Assembly: GCA_951406725.2 (NCBI GenBank)
Contig: OX597832.1
Location: 68,510,001 to 68,574,000 of the forward strand
Origin: Octopus vulgaris
Lineage: Eukaryota
DNA length: 64,000 nucleotides
Direction of reading: 5' to 3'
The notes beneath the pieces were generated by a model. That model saw only the letters and a program-made list of their open reading frames with translations. It was not told where the DNA came from and did no database searches. Position 1 is the first letter of the stretch. Every line of letters starts with the position of its first letter. A program made the translations under genes and the position numbers. Below are positions 13,724-27,580 of the stretch, in pieces.

Positions 13724-14100
13724 TCATTATATTAATGGCTATTACTACACATAAATGCCGCATACTGTAAGGGACTTTTAAAGACAAAGCTACTTTAATA
13801 AATATCCATGGTACCAAAAGTGGGAGAACACAACTTGACAGTTGCCTCTTAAAAGTGAATTTAGCTGCAAATCACATTATTTCATAGTCAGTGCACATAA
13901 TGCACTCCATACTTGTCAGTGCAGACATAATGAGAATGCATAAAAATGAATACATGTACATACCAGGTGAAACACCAAACATATCCAGCATAGCACATAC
14001 AAATTCTCACACTTATATATCCAGGTAAAAGCCTGCCTTTAAGTGTCCCTTACAGTGTGAGGCATTTATGTGTAGTAATAGCCATTAATACAATGAATGT
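13720..14100 (-). mobile_element. Inverted-repeat-bounded element with a decayed hammerhead
   Basis: IR arms at about 13720-13785 and 14035-14100; hammerhead motif at 13865-13924. Confidence 0.65.
13865..13924 (-). ncRNA. Degenerate minimal type I hammerhead
   Basis: Minus strand: CTGCA-CTGACAA (CpG-decayed CTGACGA)-GTA..AGTGCA/TGCACT..TAT-GAAA-TAATGTGA-TT-TGCAG; stem I CTGCA/TGCAG is perfect. Confidence 0.6.
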
Positions 14101-14601
14101 ATTTATATTTAAAGGGAATAATTATATATATATTGTATAAATTTTCCCCTTAACTGTTTTTTCACGCTAACTATTTGATAAATTTTTATATAGATTTTAT
14201 CCTTATATTTAATTTATCTATACATATGAATTTGACATGGGTGATTCTTTCTTGTCTTGGGATTCACAGTCGAATGGCTGGCTGGAATTGCATGAAAAAT
14301 TACACAGATGTGTAGAATGATCTGGTGATGTTGCTGGGTTTCATATTTTTTCATAGCTCCCACGGTTACCAAGATAATCTACTGTAATAATACTCTTGTA
14401 TTTATGAATGAGAAAGGAAGGGGTGATAGATGAATAAGGAAAGAAGGGGTGATGTCAAATTTATGTGTGTATATATATATATACATGGTGGTTTTTGGTT
14501 TCATAGATATACTTCCATTTTTATGTGTAGATTTATTTTTTCAGCATTTCAACTCTATGTGAATATATGTGTGTGTATGTAAAAGGGGTGGGGGTATGTG
14601 A

Positions 14602-14638
<37 letters not shown>

Positions 14639-14641
14639 TGT

Positions 14642-14678
<37 letters not shown>

Positions 14679-15229
14679 GAAACCGTCCAGTTATTACAGT
14701 TATCAGAAACTTAACATTTTTATTAATGTCTTTTTTATTCTTTTTTTTGTTAATTTTTGTTTTCTTAAAATATTTTGTTTCTTTTAACCTTTATTTTTGG
14801 TGTTTGAATACAAAGAGGAGGTAAATATTTAGAAGACAGCAGGTTTTACACAGCAACATCAGCCAAACTACCTGGGGGAAACCGGGAAAAACAGCTAGTA
14901 TATTTATATATATATATATATATACATACATATATATATATCACTTGCTATCACTGTTATCTCTAAGCATCTTCCCTCACACTCTTATTGCACTATTTTA
15001 CGCCCCCCCCCCCCCTTCACTGTCCCCTATAGGCAGCCCCCGTCTCTTTCTACAACTCCTCTATTTCTCTCTAACTCTCATCAACCTTCCTCTTCTTCCT
15101 TGTCCTACTCAGGTAGCCAAGTGTCTCCTGGGTAGTAAGGGGGCTTCTTTTGTCCTTCTGTTATACTCTGATCTCCCTGTTCCGCTCAGTTTTTCAATTG
15201 AGAGGTCCTTGTTTTGCAAGCTTGTGGGC

Positions 15230-15415
15230 ACTGGTGCCATGTAAAAAGCACCCATTACATTGTGTAAAGTGGTTGATGTCGGGAAGGACATCCAGCCATA
15301 GAAACCATGCCAAAATAGACAAGTGGAGTCTAGTGCAGCTCTCAAGCTAGCCAGCTCCTGTGAGACTTTCTAATCCATGCCAGCATAGAAAGCAATGTTA
15401 AATGATGATGATGAT
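15230..15415 (+). mobile_element. RTE-tailed SINE
   Basis: gtggttgatgtcgggaaggacatccagccatagaaacc...gttaaatgatgatgatg. Confidence 0.75.
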
Positions 15416-15837
15416 ATTCATCTACATATACATATATATATATATATATACACATCCACAATCATGCATAATATATTGGCTAGATGGAAATGTATAGAGG
15501 CCTGTTATTTGAAAAAGAGTTACAGCCTTGTCACACTGAGTCATTCTGATTTTACTGAGAATTACAATAAAGGTTCACGTGTCAGTAAACATGGAGACAA
15601 TTATCACAATTGTTTTTTACCTATAACAAGTTGAAATTTAATAATTCTGTCACACCTCATTATTATCTCAGTTACCTTATCTTTTCATGTTACTTCTAAT
15701 AGAACACTGACTTTACTTATGTTATCACTCTTATCTATCTAGAAGTTTCTTACCTTTTAGTAACTTAGTTGAGGAACCCCTCCATGTTAACACTTGCACA
15801 CAGCACACACCTGCTAATCTATGCATTTCATATTTAC

Positions 15838-15948
15838 CCTGAGTTTAGCTGATCTACATTTAGAGTGACTGCTCTAAAAGTTTGACCCTGATACGGAGAA
15901 TAGAGGAAGGGGTTCTCAGTAGTACCAGTATAGAACTGTGCCCAATTT
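15838..15948 (-). CDS. Candidate isolated host exon, product unknown
   Basis: Acceptor ctttatttcatatgtag, donor GG|gtaaat, 111 nt symmetric phase 2-2, open frame NWAQFYTGTTENPFLYSPYQGQTFRAVTLNVDQLNS, non-repetitive context. No homology recognised. Confidence 0.25.
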
Positions 15949-16332
15949 CTACATATGAAATAAAGGTGGTATGATTTGTTTTGCATGCTACTTCAGCAAG
16001 ATCAAAGACAATTTCCCCCAAATCGTTCATTTGTTACTTCTTCTAACAATCACACACATATATGAAAGTGGGGGGAGGGCAGGGTTTGAATGGGTTCTCA
16101 AATATAGATGATTCTTCATAGATCCAACATCAAGTGTACCCCAAAAGAAATTTAGAACCAATAGATAGTTAAGAGAGAAAGAGAGGGAGATTGACAAGGA
16201 GAGAAAACAAAGAGACGGTCAGACAGATAGAGAGAGGCAGGGTTTCTGTAGAATGGGAAAACAATAAGCTTTGTTTTCTTCAATGGGAAGAAAGAAGTAA
16301 AGAAAACAACATGATCAGCATGGGCATGGAGC

Positions 16333-16740
16333 CAGGGCCGGATTGAGATCCATAGAGGCCCTAGGTGATTAAAAGATTTTTGGTGCTTCCATACATATGT
16401 AATTCAAAATATAAAAAATAAACCATAAAGTAAATTTTTTTTTTCAAAATGAAACAAAACTAACAATAAGATAGAAAATAATGTTTGCTTTTCTATACTT
16501 TCTCTTAATTTATATTTGAAAAGTTTTAATTTTTTTTTATTGCAAACTCTTGGATCAGATCCTCCCTTTGACACCATGAACTCTTTGAAATTATGTTTCT
16601 GATCATATAAACCACTTTGAATAGCAAGTTTGAAGTGACTTCTTTTGTGCTGTAAACAATTTACAATTTCTGTGGTACCCTATCCTTCCTTCGAAGCCCT
16701 AGGGATGTACTTATCTTGCCTAATGGTTAATCCAGTGCTG
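16333..16740. mobile_element. Non-autonomous hAT element (MITE)
   Basis: TIR CAGGGCCGGATT / AATCCAGTGCTG; perfect 8-bp TSD CATGGAGC (16325-16332, 16741-16748); minus-strand remnant DLIQEFAIKK resembles a hAT C-terminus. Confidence 0.88.
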
Positions 16741-17184
16741 CATGGAGCTTTAAAAAAAGAAACCAGATGGTCAGGGCAAAAGTAGTTTCAATCATGGATA
16801 ACAAGAATGAGTTGAGAAAGAAATAGCAGGAAAGTGAGAATATTTTAGAGAGGTAAATTTAGCTTCTGAATATTGAGAGGTGACCAATGTGCAGTCAATA
16901 TTTCCTAGGTCTAACACTGGGTGCAAATAGATGCCAGTCAAAGTGCAGAAAACTGTGCTTGAATATCAAAAGTAGAATATGAGAGTATTTTATTTAACCT
17001 GATAATTCTTTGTCAACTGTTACTCAGAGTTTCTCATAATTGATCATCAAGCGGAAATGAGTATTTGGAACATAGCTATGGCTTATAAGTATTTATGAAT
17101 ATTCATGATTATATGAATATTTATAATGTACTACATATTTCGAAATATTCATGTCCACCAAATAAGAAGTCACATGAAACACTG

Positions 17185-18255
<1,071 letters not shown>

Positions 18256-18578
18256 AAGATATATGCGTTTATGCATATATTGTGTGTGTGTATGTATATA
18301 TGTATGGGTACATACATACATACATACATACATACATACATACAAGGTGGCTGCCCCCTCGTTATTGAGTATGGCCATTGCACAAAGCTTAATCAATGTT
18401 GTTATCGTGCAATGCCTGTGCAAGAATATTTTTTTTAAAGTGAGGAATGGCTGTGCACTGAGTCAATCCCACTCACTAAGAAACAACAGCCATATTCCGA
18501 AAAGAAGAACAAGTCAACATCATCAGTAAAAGCTGAGCTGCAGGTTTTATGTCGGAGTTATCCCAGTTATCTGAGTTA

Positions 18579-18636
18579 CCCTAACAAAGGCTTGGATGCC
18601 CTAACAAAGGCTTGGATGCCCTAACAAAGGCTTGGA
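18579..18636. repeat. 20-bp tandem repeat, about 2.9 copies
   Basis: ccctaacaaaggcttggatg repeated within an unclassified structured insert (18345-18780). Confidence 0.95.
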
Positions 18637-18924
18637 GTCCTTCACTCCTGCAGGGTGTCCAATAAACACCCTCCTCACCAAGCAAGCTTGGTGGGGTTGC
18701 CAGTTTAGTTGCCGACAACCCAAATATGCAACAGGTTGTACTGGGTTACATGTTACCAGTAGCACTCGAAAGTGACCTGACATATGACATACATACATAC
18801 ATACACACATACATATATGTGTATGTGTGTGTGTTTACGTGTGTGTGTAAACATGTATATGAGATAGACAGATATATAGAGATAAATAGACAGGCAGATA
18901 GACACATAAATAGACAGAGAGAAA

Positions 18925-18935
18925 GATAGACAGAC

Positions 18936-19006
<71 letters not shown>

Positions 19007-19011
19007 CAGAC

Positions 19012-19078
<67 letters not shown>

Positions 19079-19083
19079 CAGAC
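18925..19083. repeat. (GATA)n microsatellite
   Basis: Direct reading. Confidence 0.97.
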
Positions 19084-19399
19084 AAAAGGAGAGAAATTTT
19101 GGCTCTTCTAAGATGTGAACTGACAACATAGACAGACGAACTTGCTTTGCAATAATTGATGTCTCAGCCTCTGAGCTTGCTTCCACATATTTTTCTGCTA
19201 GTTTTGCAATGGAATATGGTCTGAATGATTTGTCACACTTTTTGATTCATAATTTATCTGATCAAAGTCAAAATCAAATAACCTGCTAGATTTGAACCTG
19301 AAACCCCAATTAATTGAATGGCATTTGGTTAAACTTTTTTTTTATATATCATCCATTCTTCTATGCTTAGCACTCTGCCACAATATTCATCGGAATAAT

Positions 19400-19825
19400 A
19401 ATTGTCTCTAATTATGGTACAAAGCCAGCTATTTTCATGAGAAATGACAAGTCAGTACATGAAAGACACTTTATTTCGTCAATCCCTGAAGGGATGAAGT
19501 GCAAAGTTGACCTCAACAGGAATTGAACTCAAAGCGTAATGAGCTGGAAAAAATATTCTTAGGCATTTTCTATGACATGCTAATGATTCTACCAGCTGAG
19601 TAATATTACTAACAATGATTCAAATCTGGGAACCCGGTGAGTTTTAGGGAAGAAATAAGCCAATTACATTGATCCTCAGTCACAAACAGAATTTTATTTA
19701 TCAGCCCCAAGAGGAGGAAAGGTAAATTCTGCCACTGCAGAATTGGAACACAAAACACAGAAGCTGGAAGAGATACAACTAAGCATTTTGCCTTGCATAC
19801 TAACAAGCCTGCCATCTCAATACCT
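19400..19825 (-). mobile_element. Two family A SINE copies
   Basis: gatgaagtgcaaagttgacctcaacaggaattgaactc and ggaaaggtaaattctgccactgcagaattggaacac. Confidence 0.65.
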
Positions 19826-19849
19826 TAACAAAAATAATGATAATAATAA

Positions 19850-20252
19850 AATATGCTCAATACCACAGGTTGCTTGACCTTAACCAGTTGGGCATGTCCC
19901 TTAGTGGCTGACAATATGTGCATCTCTGATCATGAGCAGAAGTGTTGAGAGGAATTCTTTGGTGTTTGGATAATTCACCTTTGGAAACATGTGTGTTTTG
20001 TTCAACATCCTTAAACAACCCTTATTCAGGGACCTTTTGAGCAGGGTGGGCTACTTGACTTGAAGAAAATTCTGACTAGGCCCCATGTGCAAGGTCGTGT
20101 GCTGTTTTATCTTGTTATGAGATCACAATATCACACACATGTTTGTGATGCATGTGTCTGGTGTAACTTCATCAGATGCGTAATCATGATGGGTATACTG
20201 GGCTTCATATATTTTACCCCAGTGTGACTTTGATGACACGCACTGCTCTCTC
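19850..20252 (+). mobile_element. (TAA)n-embedded element, copy 2 (5'-truncated, internal deletions)
   Basis: Collinear with 22440-22882; ends cactgctctctc followed by (AAT)n. Confidence 0.88.
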
Positions 20253-20271
20253 AATAATAATAATAATAATG

Positions 20272-20322
<51 letters not shown>

Positions 20323-20325
20323 GTG

Positions 20326-20398
<73 letters not shown>

Positions 20399-20399
20399 T

Positions 20400-22121
20400 A
20401 TGCTAAATAGAACTGGATGCGGATATAAATGTTACGGCCAAACGATCAGCCACCTTTTATATATGGATGACCTAAAACTATACGCTGCAAATGACAAACA
20501 GCTGGAAACACTATTAAAGACAGTTCATGGATTTACCAAAGAAATAGATATGAAATTTGGATTAGAAAAATGCGCCAAAGTAACCATGAAAAGAGGAAAA
20601 CTAGTTAAGAGTAACAACATCACACTAGATGAAGCAAATGAAATAAAAGAATTAGACCAAAGCCAAACTTACAAATACTTAGGAATCCATGAACTAGATA
20701 AGACACAACACACACAAATGAAAGAGAAAATAAAAAAAGAATATTATAGACGAGTTAGATCAATACTAAACACAGAGCTCAATGCTAAAAACAAGATAAT
20801 AGGTATCAACACTTTAGCTGTCCCAGTTATAAGTTACAGCTACAATATCCTTAACTGGACACGAAATGAACTGACCAAAATAGACAGGAAAACAAGAAAA
20901 ATAATGACAGGATCTAGGATGCATCACCCAAAATCTGACATAGAAAGACTATATATACAACGTATAGAAGGTGGTAGAGGCCTTATACAGCTGGAAAACT
21001 ACTATAAAATAACCACCATAGGACTGCAAAAATATCTACTTCAGAAGGAAGGAAAACTGATCCAGATAGCGGCAAAACACGAGCAAAACAAAAAACTGTT
21101 CTCAGTATTTAAGGAAGCTGACAAATACAAACAAGAAATCATACCACCTAATAAACATGAAGAAGAAGAAGAAGATGAAGAAACAACAAAAGCTATAAAA
21201 AAAATGAAATCCAAACTAAAAATAGAACAGCAAAGAACCATGATAAAACGATGGCAAGAAAAGCCCCTTCATGGTAAATACTGGACTAAACTAAACGCAA
21301 AAGAAATAGACAAAGAAAAATCCCAGCAATGGTTGAGAAGCTCAGGACTCAAAGCAGAAACAGAGGGATTTTTAATTGCAGCACAAGACCAAAGCCTCCC
21401 CACCAGAAATTACCAAAGACATGTAATGAAAAGAAATATTACAAGTAACTGCAGAATATGTGGAGATGGACAAGAAACAATAAATCATATTATCTCTAGC
21501 TGCCCAGTCCTGGCTAAGAAGGAATATATTCACAGACATGACAGAGTTGGAACTTACATACATTGGAAGCTATGCCAACATTATGGAATAACAACAGAAA
21601 AAAGATGGTATAGGCACACACCAGAAAAGGTCACAGAAAACGAGAAAGCAACCATACTCTGGGATATGCCGATACACACAGATAGAGAAATTAAGGCCAA
21701 CAGACCAGATATAGTTGTCAGAGACCATGAAGAAAAAAATGCTTTCTAATTGATGTATCAGTACCGGCAGATGACAACGTGTCTCTAAAAGAAATGGAGA
21801 AACTCTCAAAATACAAAGACCTGGAAATAGAGGTAACTAGAATGTGGAATCTGAAAACAGAAACAATTCCTATCATAGTAGGTGCATTAGGCATGATAAA
21901 AAAATATTCAGACAAATACATAACAAAAACACCAGGACTTACAAACACATATAACATACAGAAAATTGCACTACTGGGCACTGCACACATCCTACGCAGA
22001 ACACTTTCCATACAATAACCATCAGAGCATCACAACAAATCACAGCACATACCCAAGGCACACAGAGCTGTGCTCGGTAGTGAAGTGAAAGCACGCTATA
22101 AAAATAAAAATAAAACTACTG
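20400..22121 (+). mobile_element. Young 5'-truncated R4/Dong-type non-LTR retrotransposon (RT C-terminus, CCHC finger, RLE endonuclease, 3' UTR)
   Basis: HLLYMDDLKLYA, YKYLG, CRICG..ETINHIISSC, RHD, RPDIVV..(CFLID)..K..KY, IQKIALLGTAHILRR. One missing A in the A7 run at 21733-21739 splits ORFs 20400-21749 and 21779-22018. (TAA)n on both sides. Confidence 0.95.
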
Positions 22122-22152
22122 AATAATAATAATAATAATAATAGTGATAATG

Positions 22153-22200
<48 letters not shown>

Positions 22201-22882
22201 GCCCTGATGCAGTACCAGGCAGTGGCTCTCATGGCTTCTGATCTTAACTGATTGGAAGTGTTATCATGTACATTGTTTTGTCTTGGTATAAAAGATGGAC
22301 TGCAGCAAATATTCTGCTCAATACCACAGATTTGCTTGTCAGTCAGGCAGTGGCTCTCATGGCTTCTGATCTTAACTGATTGGAAGTGTTATCATGTACA
22401 TTGTTTTGTCTTGGTATAAAAGATGGGCTATAGCAAATATTCTGCTCAATACCACAGATTTGCTTGTCAGTTGTTTGACCTTAACCAGTTGAGCATGTCC
22501 CTTAGTGGCTGACGATATGTGCATCTCTGATCACGAGCAGAAGTAGTGGGGGAGCATCATAGCCATGTGTTGAGAGGGATTCTTTGGGGTTTGAATGATT
22601 CACCTCTGGAAACATGGGTGGTTCTTTCAACATCCTTAAACAACCCTTATTCAGGGACCTTTTGAGCGGGATGGGCTACTCAACCTGAAGAAAATTCTAA
22701 CTGGACCCCACCTGCAAGGTCATGTGCTGTTTATCTTGATATGAGATCACCATGTCGCGCACATATGGTTGTGATGCATGTGCCTGGTGTACCTTTATCA
22801 GACGGGTAGTCATGATGGGTATATTGGGCTTCGTATATTTTACCCCAGTGTCACTTTGATGGCATGCACTGCTCTCTCACTC
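22201..22882 (+). mobile_element. (TAA)n-embedded element, copy 3, with a 128-bp internal tandem duplication
   Basis: Starts gccctgatgcagtaccaggcag, ends cactgctctctcactc plus (AAT)n; 22216-22343 is duplicated as 22344-22471. Confidence 0.92.
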
Positions 22883-23111
22883 AATAATAATAATAATAAT
22901 AATAATGATGATAAGAGTGACCTAGAAGAATGTGATGATGGTGGTGGTAGTGGTGATGGTGACGATCATGAGAGTTATGATGATGTTGATGATAATTGTG
23001 ATAGTGACATGAATGATGCTGATGATAGTGATAGTTGATACATGAATGTTAATAATAATAACAATAATTATCTATATATGTATGTATGTATATATATGCA
23101 TATATGTATTT

Positions 23112-23147
<36 letters not shown>

Positions 23148-23707
23148 CACATATATTTTACTCTCTAAGTACAAATGTAACACCTAAAAGAGAAATTCTA
23201 GCATTAAGCATGAATATTAACAGAGAATCTTATAATTAATTCAAACTTTTACTTCTGCATTTCTTCAGGGTATTTCAGAGTAAGAATATTCTGGCATCAA
23301 CAATTTTTGAAAAAACTAGAACTCCAAAGAAACAAAAACGAAAAAATAAAAAAAAAACTGAAAGCGAAGGAAAAAAGAAAGAAAGGAAAAAATAAAAGTG
23401 TAAAAATCCAAAGTGAAAAAACCAAAAAAAAACTTAGAAGGAACACTGCGTCGTGATAGTGACAACACATACATTAAACTTGGATTATTGATTTTTGCAC
23501 ATCACATAACGCACTCGTACTCACAGCAATTTTCTTCATATACTTTCTTTTACTGATGTATAATTTGTGTGTGTGTGTATGTGTGTGTGTTTCTGCATAT
23601 ATGGTCTGTGTGTGCATATGTGTAAGTATGAGGGTATACAGGTGTGATTGTTTATGTGTGTGTCGATGTGCTTCTGTTACATTAGATATATACCAATATA
23701 TTATGTA

Positions 23708-23753
<46 letters not shown>

Positions 23754-23805
23754 CATACATATATATATATATATACATACATTTATATAAATGTATATAC
23801 ATATG

Positions 23806-23881
<76 letters not shown>

Positions 23882-24028
23882 CATACATATGTATACATAT
23901 ATACATACATAAGTAAAAACATATATATATGCATATTTATATACACACATATATATATATACATATGTATATACACATATGTACATATATACATATATAT
24001 ATACAAAAACATATATATATATATAATG

Positions 24029-24059
<31 letters not shown>

Positions 24060-24124
24060 CATATGAATACACACATATATATATTCATACACTCACACAT
24101 TACGGTTATTGCAAATAATGTGCA

Positions 24125-24166
<42 letters not shown>

Positions 24167-25029
24167 CAATGCATATGAAAACTCTTAAATTTGATATGGC
24201 TGAGTGGTTAAGAAGTTTGTTACTCAATCATGTGCTCCTGGATTCAATCCTAGTACGTGGCACCTTTGAACCAATCCTTCTCAGTGAAACTCTGTACACA
24301 GAAGCTATGTGAAAGCCTTCCAAATTGGCTGCACCCACAGATCAAAGAGCCAGTCATACCCAGGAAGAGTATTTGAAATATTCAATTGATTAAGTAGTTC
24401 AGCTGACCAAACAAATGCAATATTCTTCATTGAAACTCACAAATTACTTATTGCAATACTAAAGGAGAGATGCACTCAACACATGACATAGAGTATATTT
24501 AGTGGTTGGCATTAGGAAAGACATCCAGCTGTAGAAACCAAGACAAATTAGACTGAAACGTGGTGCAGTTCCCCAGTTTACCAGTTTTCAGTGGAACCAT
24601 CCAACCAACCTATACTGGCATGGAAAACGAATGTTGAATGATGATTATGATAATTATGATTATGATGTGTAGTTAAAAAGCTGCTTTCCTATGTCAGCAG
24701 GACATTGTTCAAACTTCTCATACAATAGCCCCAAACTGACCAAAGTGTTGTAAATGGATTTGGCAGATAGAAACTTTAAGAAGCCTGTCATATATATGAG
24801 GTGTGTGTGTCACCTTGTCTTTGCACTGAATAATAGTGGTAGGTGAGAATCACCATCTTACAGGCAGTGTCAGTCATTGCTAATCTTACACGAAAACATG
24901 ACCAACCCCCAAAGAGGAACTGTTACTTTGCTTAGAAATAGGTGAGGGTTGGTCATAGGAAGCAAATTTGACAGTTGAAAAACTACTGGAATGAATTACA
25001 TCTGACATTAAAACGATGATGATGATTAA

Positions 25030-25530
25030 AGGCAGCTAATCAAAATATTGTAAAATACATCAGCTTCAAAAGTGATCTGCTTGATAATTACACTGGGATA
25101 GTAAACATCTGCCATCATTGGGTTAAAAGAAAATATGAAACACAATAACAAAAGTGTAGGTTTTGATTTGATTGATCTGGAAACCCCCCCCCCCCCCCCC
25201 ACACACACACACAGATATTTACTGCCATCAGTGACCAATTTCTAAGTTTATTATCAATGGGCTTGTGACAGTTGCACCTATTCAATGACAAAACCATTCC
25301 ATGTAGAGAAGCAAAACAAACTGCTTTTCGATGTCAAAATGGGAAGCAACAATGGAGCAGAAATAAGCATCTTATTTTCAAGTAAAGAAAAGAAACCCAA
25401 ATATACAACATATTCAAGTTTTCAAGAACTTGGACTCTATAGAGTTGATAGCTAAGCAATTTTCCAAAACAACATAAAATTGAGCAACAAGAACAAACTA
25501 CCTTTGTTGCAAACCAAATGAAATGCCCCA
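25030..25530. pseudogene. Penelope-like element relics: RT motifs (+) and GIY-YIG-proximal motifs (-)
   Basis: Plus strand 25327-25449: FDVKMGSNNGAEI ... LGLYRVD (cf. PLE FDVTMGSYDGAE..GLYRDD). Minus strand: RCNC and DGRCL..(V)IYQA-like remnants. Confidence 0.6.
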
Positions 25531-25570
25531 ATATAGAAGAATTCACATGCACACACACAATCTCTCCCTC

Positions 25571-25601
<31 letters not shown>

Positions 25602-25879
25602 TCCTCTGTCTCACACACCTTCTCTTCCCATATATATATATATATATATATATATAGATAGATAAATATATAATGCATGCATATAATATTCTATGAAAAG
25701 TAAAAGGTGACTGTGGTGGGAAATAAGCTGAAAACATGAAACTTGATATCATCATATAATATTAAAATGTAAATAGAATCCTCCACATACATGTGTGAGT
25801 ATGTGTGTGTGTGTGTGTGTGTAGTCACATGGGCGATGACTGCAGAGGAGATGCAAAGGCCGGACAGAAATGAAGACAG

Positions 25880-26505
25880 TATGCCTTGCTAGGTGAGTAA
25901 TGACAGAGAAAAATTGGGCATAAGAGACATGAGTTGTAATATGCAAAAGAGAGGAGACTATGCTGGTCATGTGATGTGAATGGATGAGGAGAGCTGCATA
26001 AAGAAGTGCCAATCTTTAATCGTGGATGAGAACCCGTGGAAGGATGAGAACCTAGGAAGGCAAGGGATGGAGTAGTGACAAAAAATCTTCAGATGTTGGG
26101 CCTCACAGAGAAGAAAGCAATGGAACGAGACTTCTGGTAGGTTGCTGTACTTGAGAAGACATGTCAAGCTAAGTAAAACAGTGGCCATCCATACATACAG
26201 GTATGTCCCTTGTATCCCTCTCTCAGCTGAGAGGTCCTTCCCTTGATGGCTCATGGGTGCTGGTGTCATGTAAAAAGTCCCAATGCTGCATAATAGTACC
26301 TAAGCTGGTGCCATATACCAATACTCCTGCCAGTGCAATGTAAAAGCTCTGTGAAATGGTTAGCATTACTAGGAAGAGAAACCATGTGAGGAAATCATGC
26401 CAAAACAGACAATTGGAACCTGGACTGCTCCCCAGCTTGGCAGCTCCTGTCAAACCATCCAACCCATGCCAGCATGGAAAGCAGGCGTTAAATGATGATG
26501 ATGAT
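25880..26505 (+). mobile_element. RTE-clade LINE 3' end
   Basis: Decayed REKLGI...GHVM.MDEESCIKKC...PRK..DGVV..LQMLGLTE...RDFW..VLEKT, then 3' UTR and (GAT)n tail. Confidence 0.8.
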
Positions 26506-26671
26506 AACACATAAAACTATTGAAGACATAATTCAAAATGAAAAAAATGTTATTGGAATATGATGATACAATGTAATGAAAGCAAACAGGAACAATGCCT
26601 CTAGGAAATATGATGCCATGCAACACTGTGCCAGCATCTCTCAAAGCAGCACACATGGAACTGGAATAATG

Positions 26672-26729
<58 letters not shown>

Positions 26730-26904
26730 TACTGTACTAGGTATGTTATGTTTTAGCAAGTAAAGGAATTGGAAATATATTTCTATCCTTGGTACCTCAG
26801 TTTTCAAAAGCAAGCAAGAAAGAAGACAAAAATTAATATGAAGGCAAGGAAAATAAAACCAAAAAACTGATATAGACTGTTAGAAAACAGAAAGGTATAT
26901 ATAT

Positions 26905-27580
26905 CATCATCATCGTTTAGCGTCCGCTTTCCATGCTAGCATGGGTTGGACGGTTCGACTGGGGTCTGGGAAGCCAGAAGGCTGCACCAGGCCCAGACTG
27001 ATCTGGCAATGTTTCTATGGCTGGATGCCCTTCCTAATGCAACCACTCGGTGAGAGTAGTGGGTACTTTTTACATATATATATATATGTATGTGCGTGTG
27101 TGTATCTATATATATATATATATATATATATGATGATGATGATATACATACACACATAAATCTTTTATCTTTCATCTTTAACTTGTTTCAGTCATTAGAC
27201 TGCAACCGTGCTGGGGCACTACCTTGAAGGGTGTGGTCAAACAAATAGACCCTGGTATATATTTTCTTAAGCCTAGGTGCTTATTCTATTGGTCTCTTAT
27301 GCCAAACCACTAAGTTACGAGGATATAAACACACCAACAACTGTTGTGAGGAGGTGGTGGTGAGAAATACAGACACAAACACACACATACATATATTCAT
27401 ATACATCCATATATACAGACGTAGCTTCTTTCAGTTTCCTTCCACCAAATCCACTCCCAAGGCTTACATTAGCCCAAGACTTTAGTAGAAGACATTTGCC
27501 TAAGGTACCATGCAATGGAACTGAACCCAGAACCATGTGGTTGGGAAGCAAGCTACTTACCACACAGCCATGCCTGTGCA
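26905..27580 (-). mobile_element. RTE-tailed SINE (26905-27070) and family B SINE (27170-27580)
   Basis: catcatcgtttagcgtccgctttccatgc...; ttttcagtttcc..ccaaatccactc..gaacccagaaccatgtggttgggaagcaagct. Confidence 0.8.

Noticed and set aside
22201-22560. U1 snRNA-like words (taccaggcagtgg, tgatcacga, gtagtggggga) and CTGATGC/CTGACGA in the TAA element
   Set aside because: The matches are short with spacing unlike U1, and no GAAA/stem III partner exists for a hammerhead.
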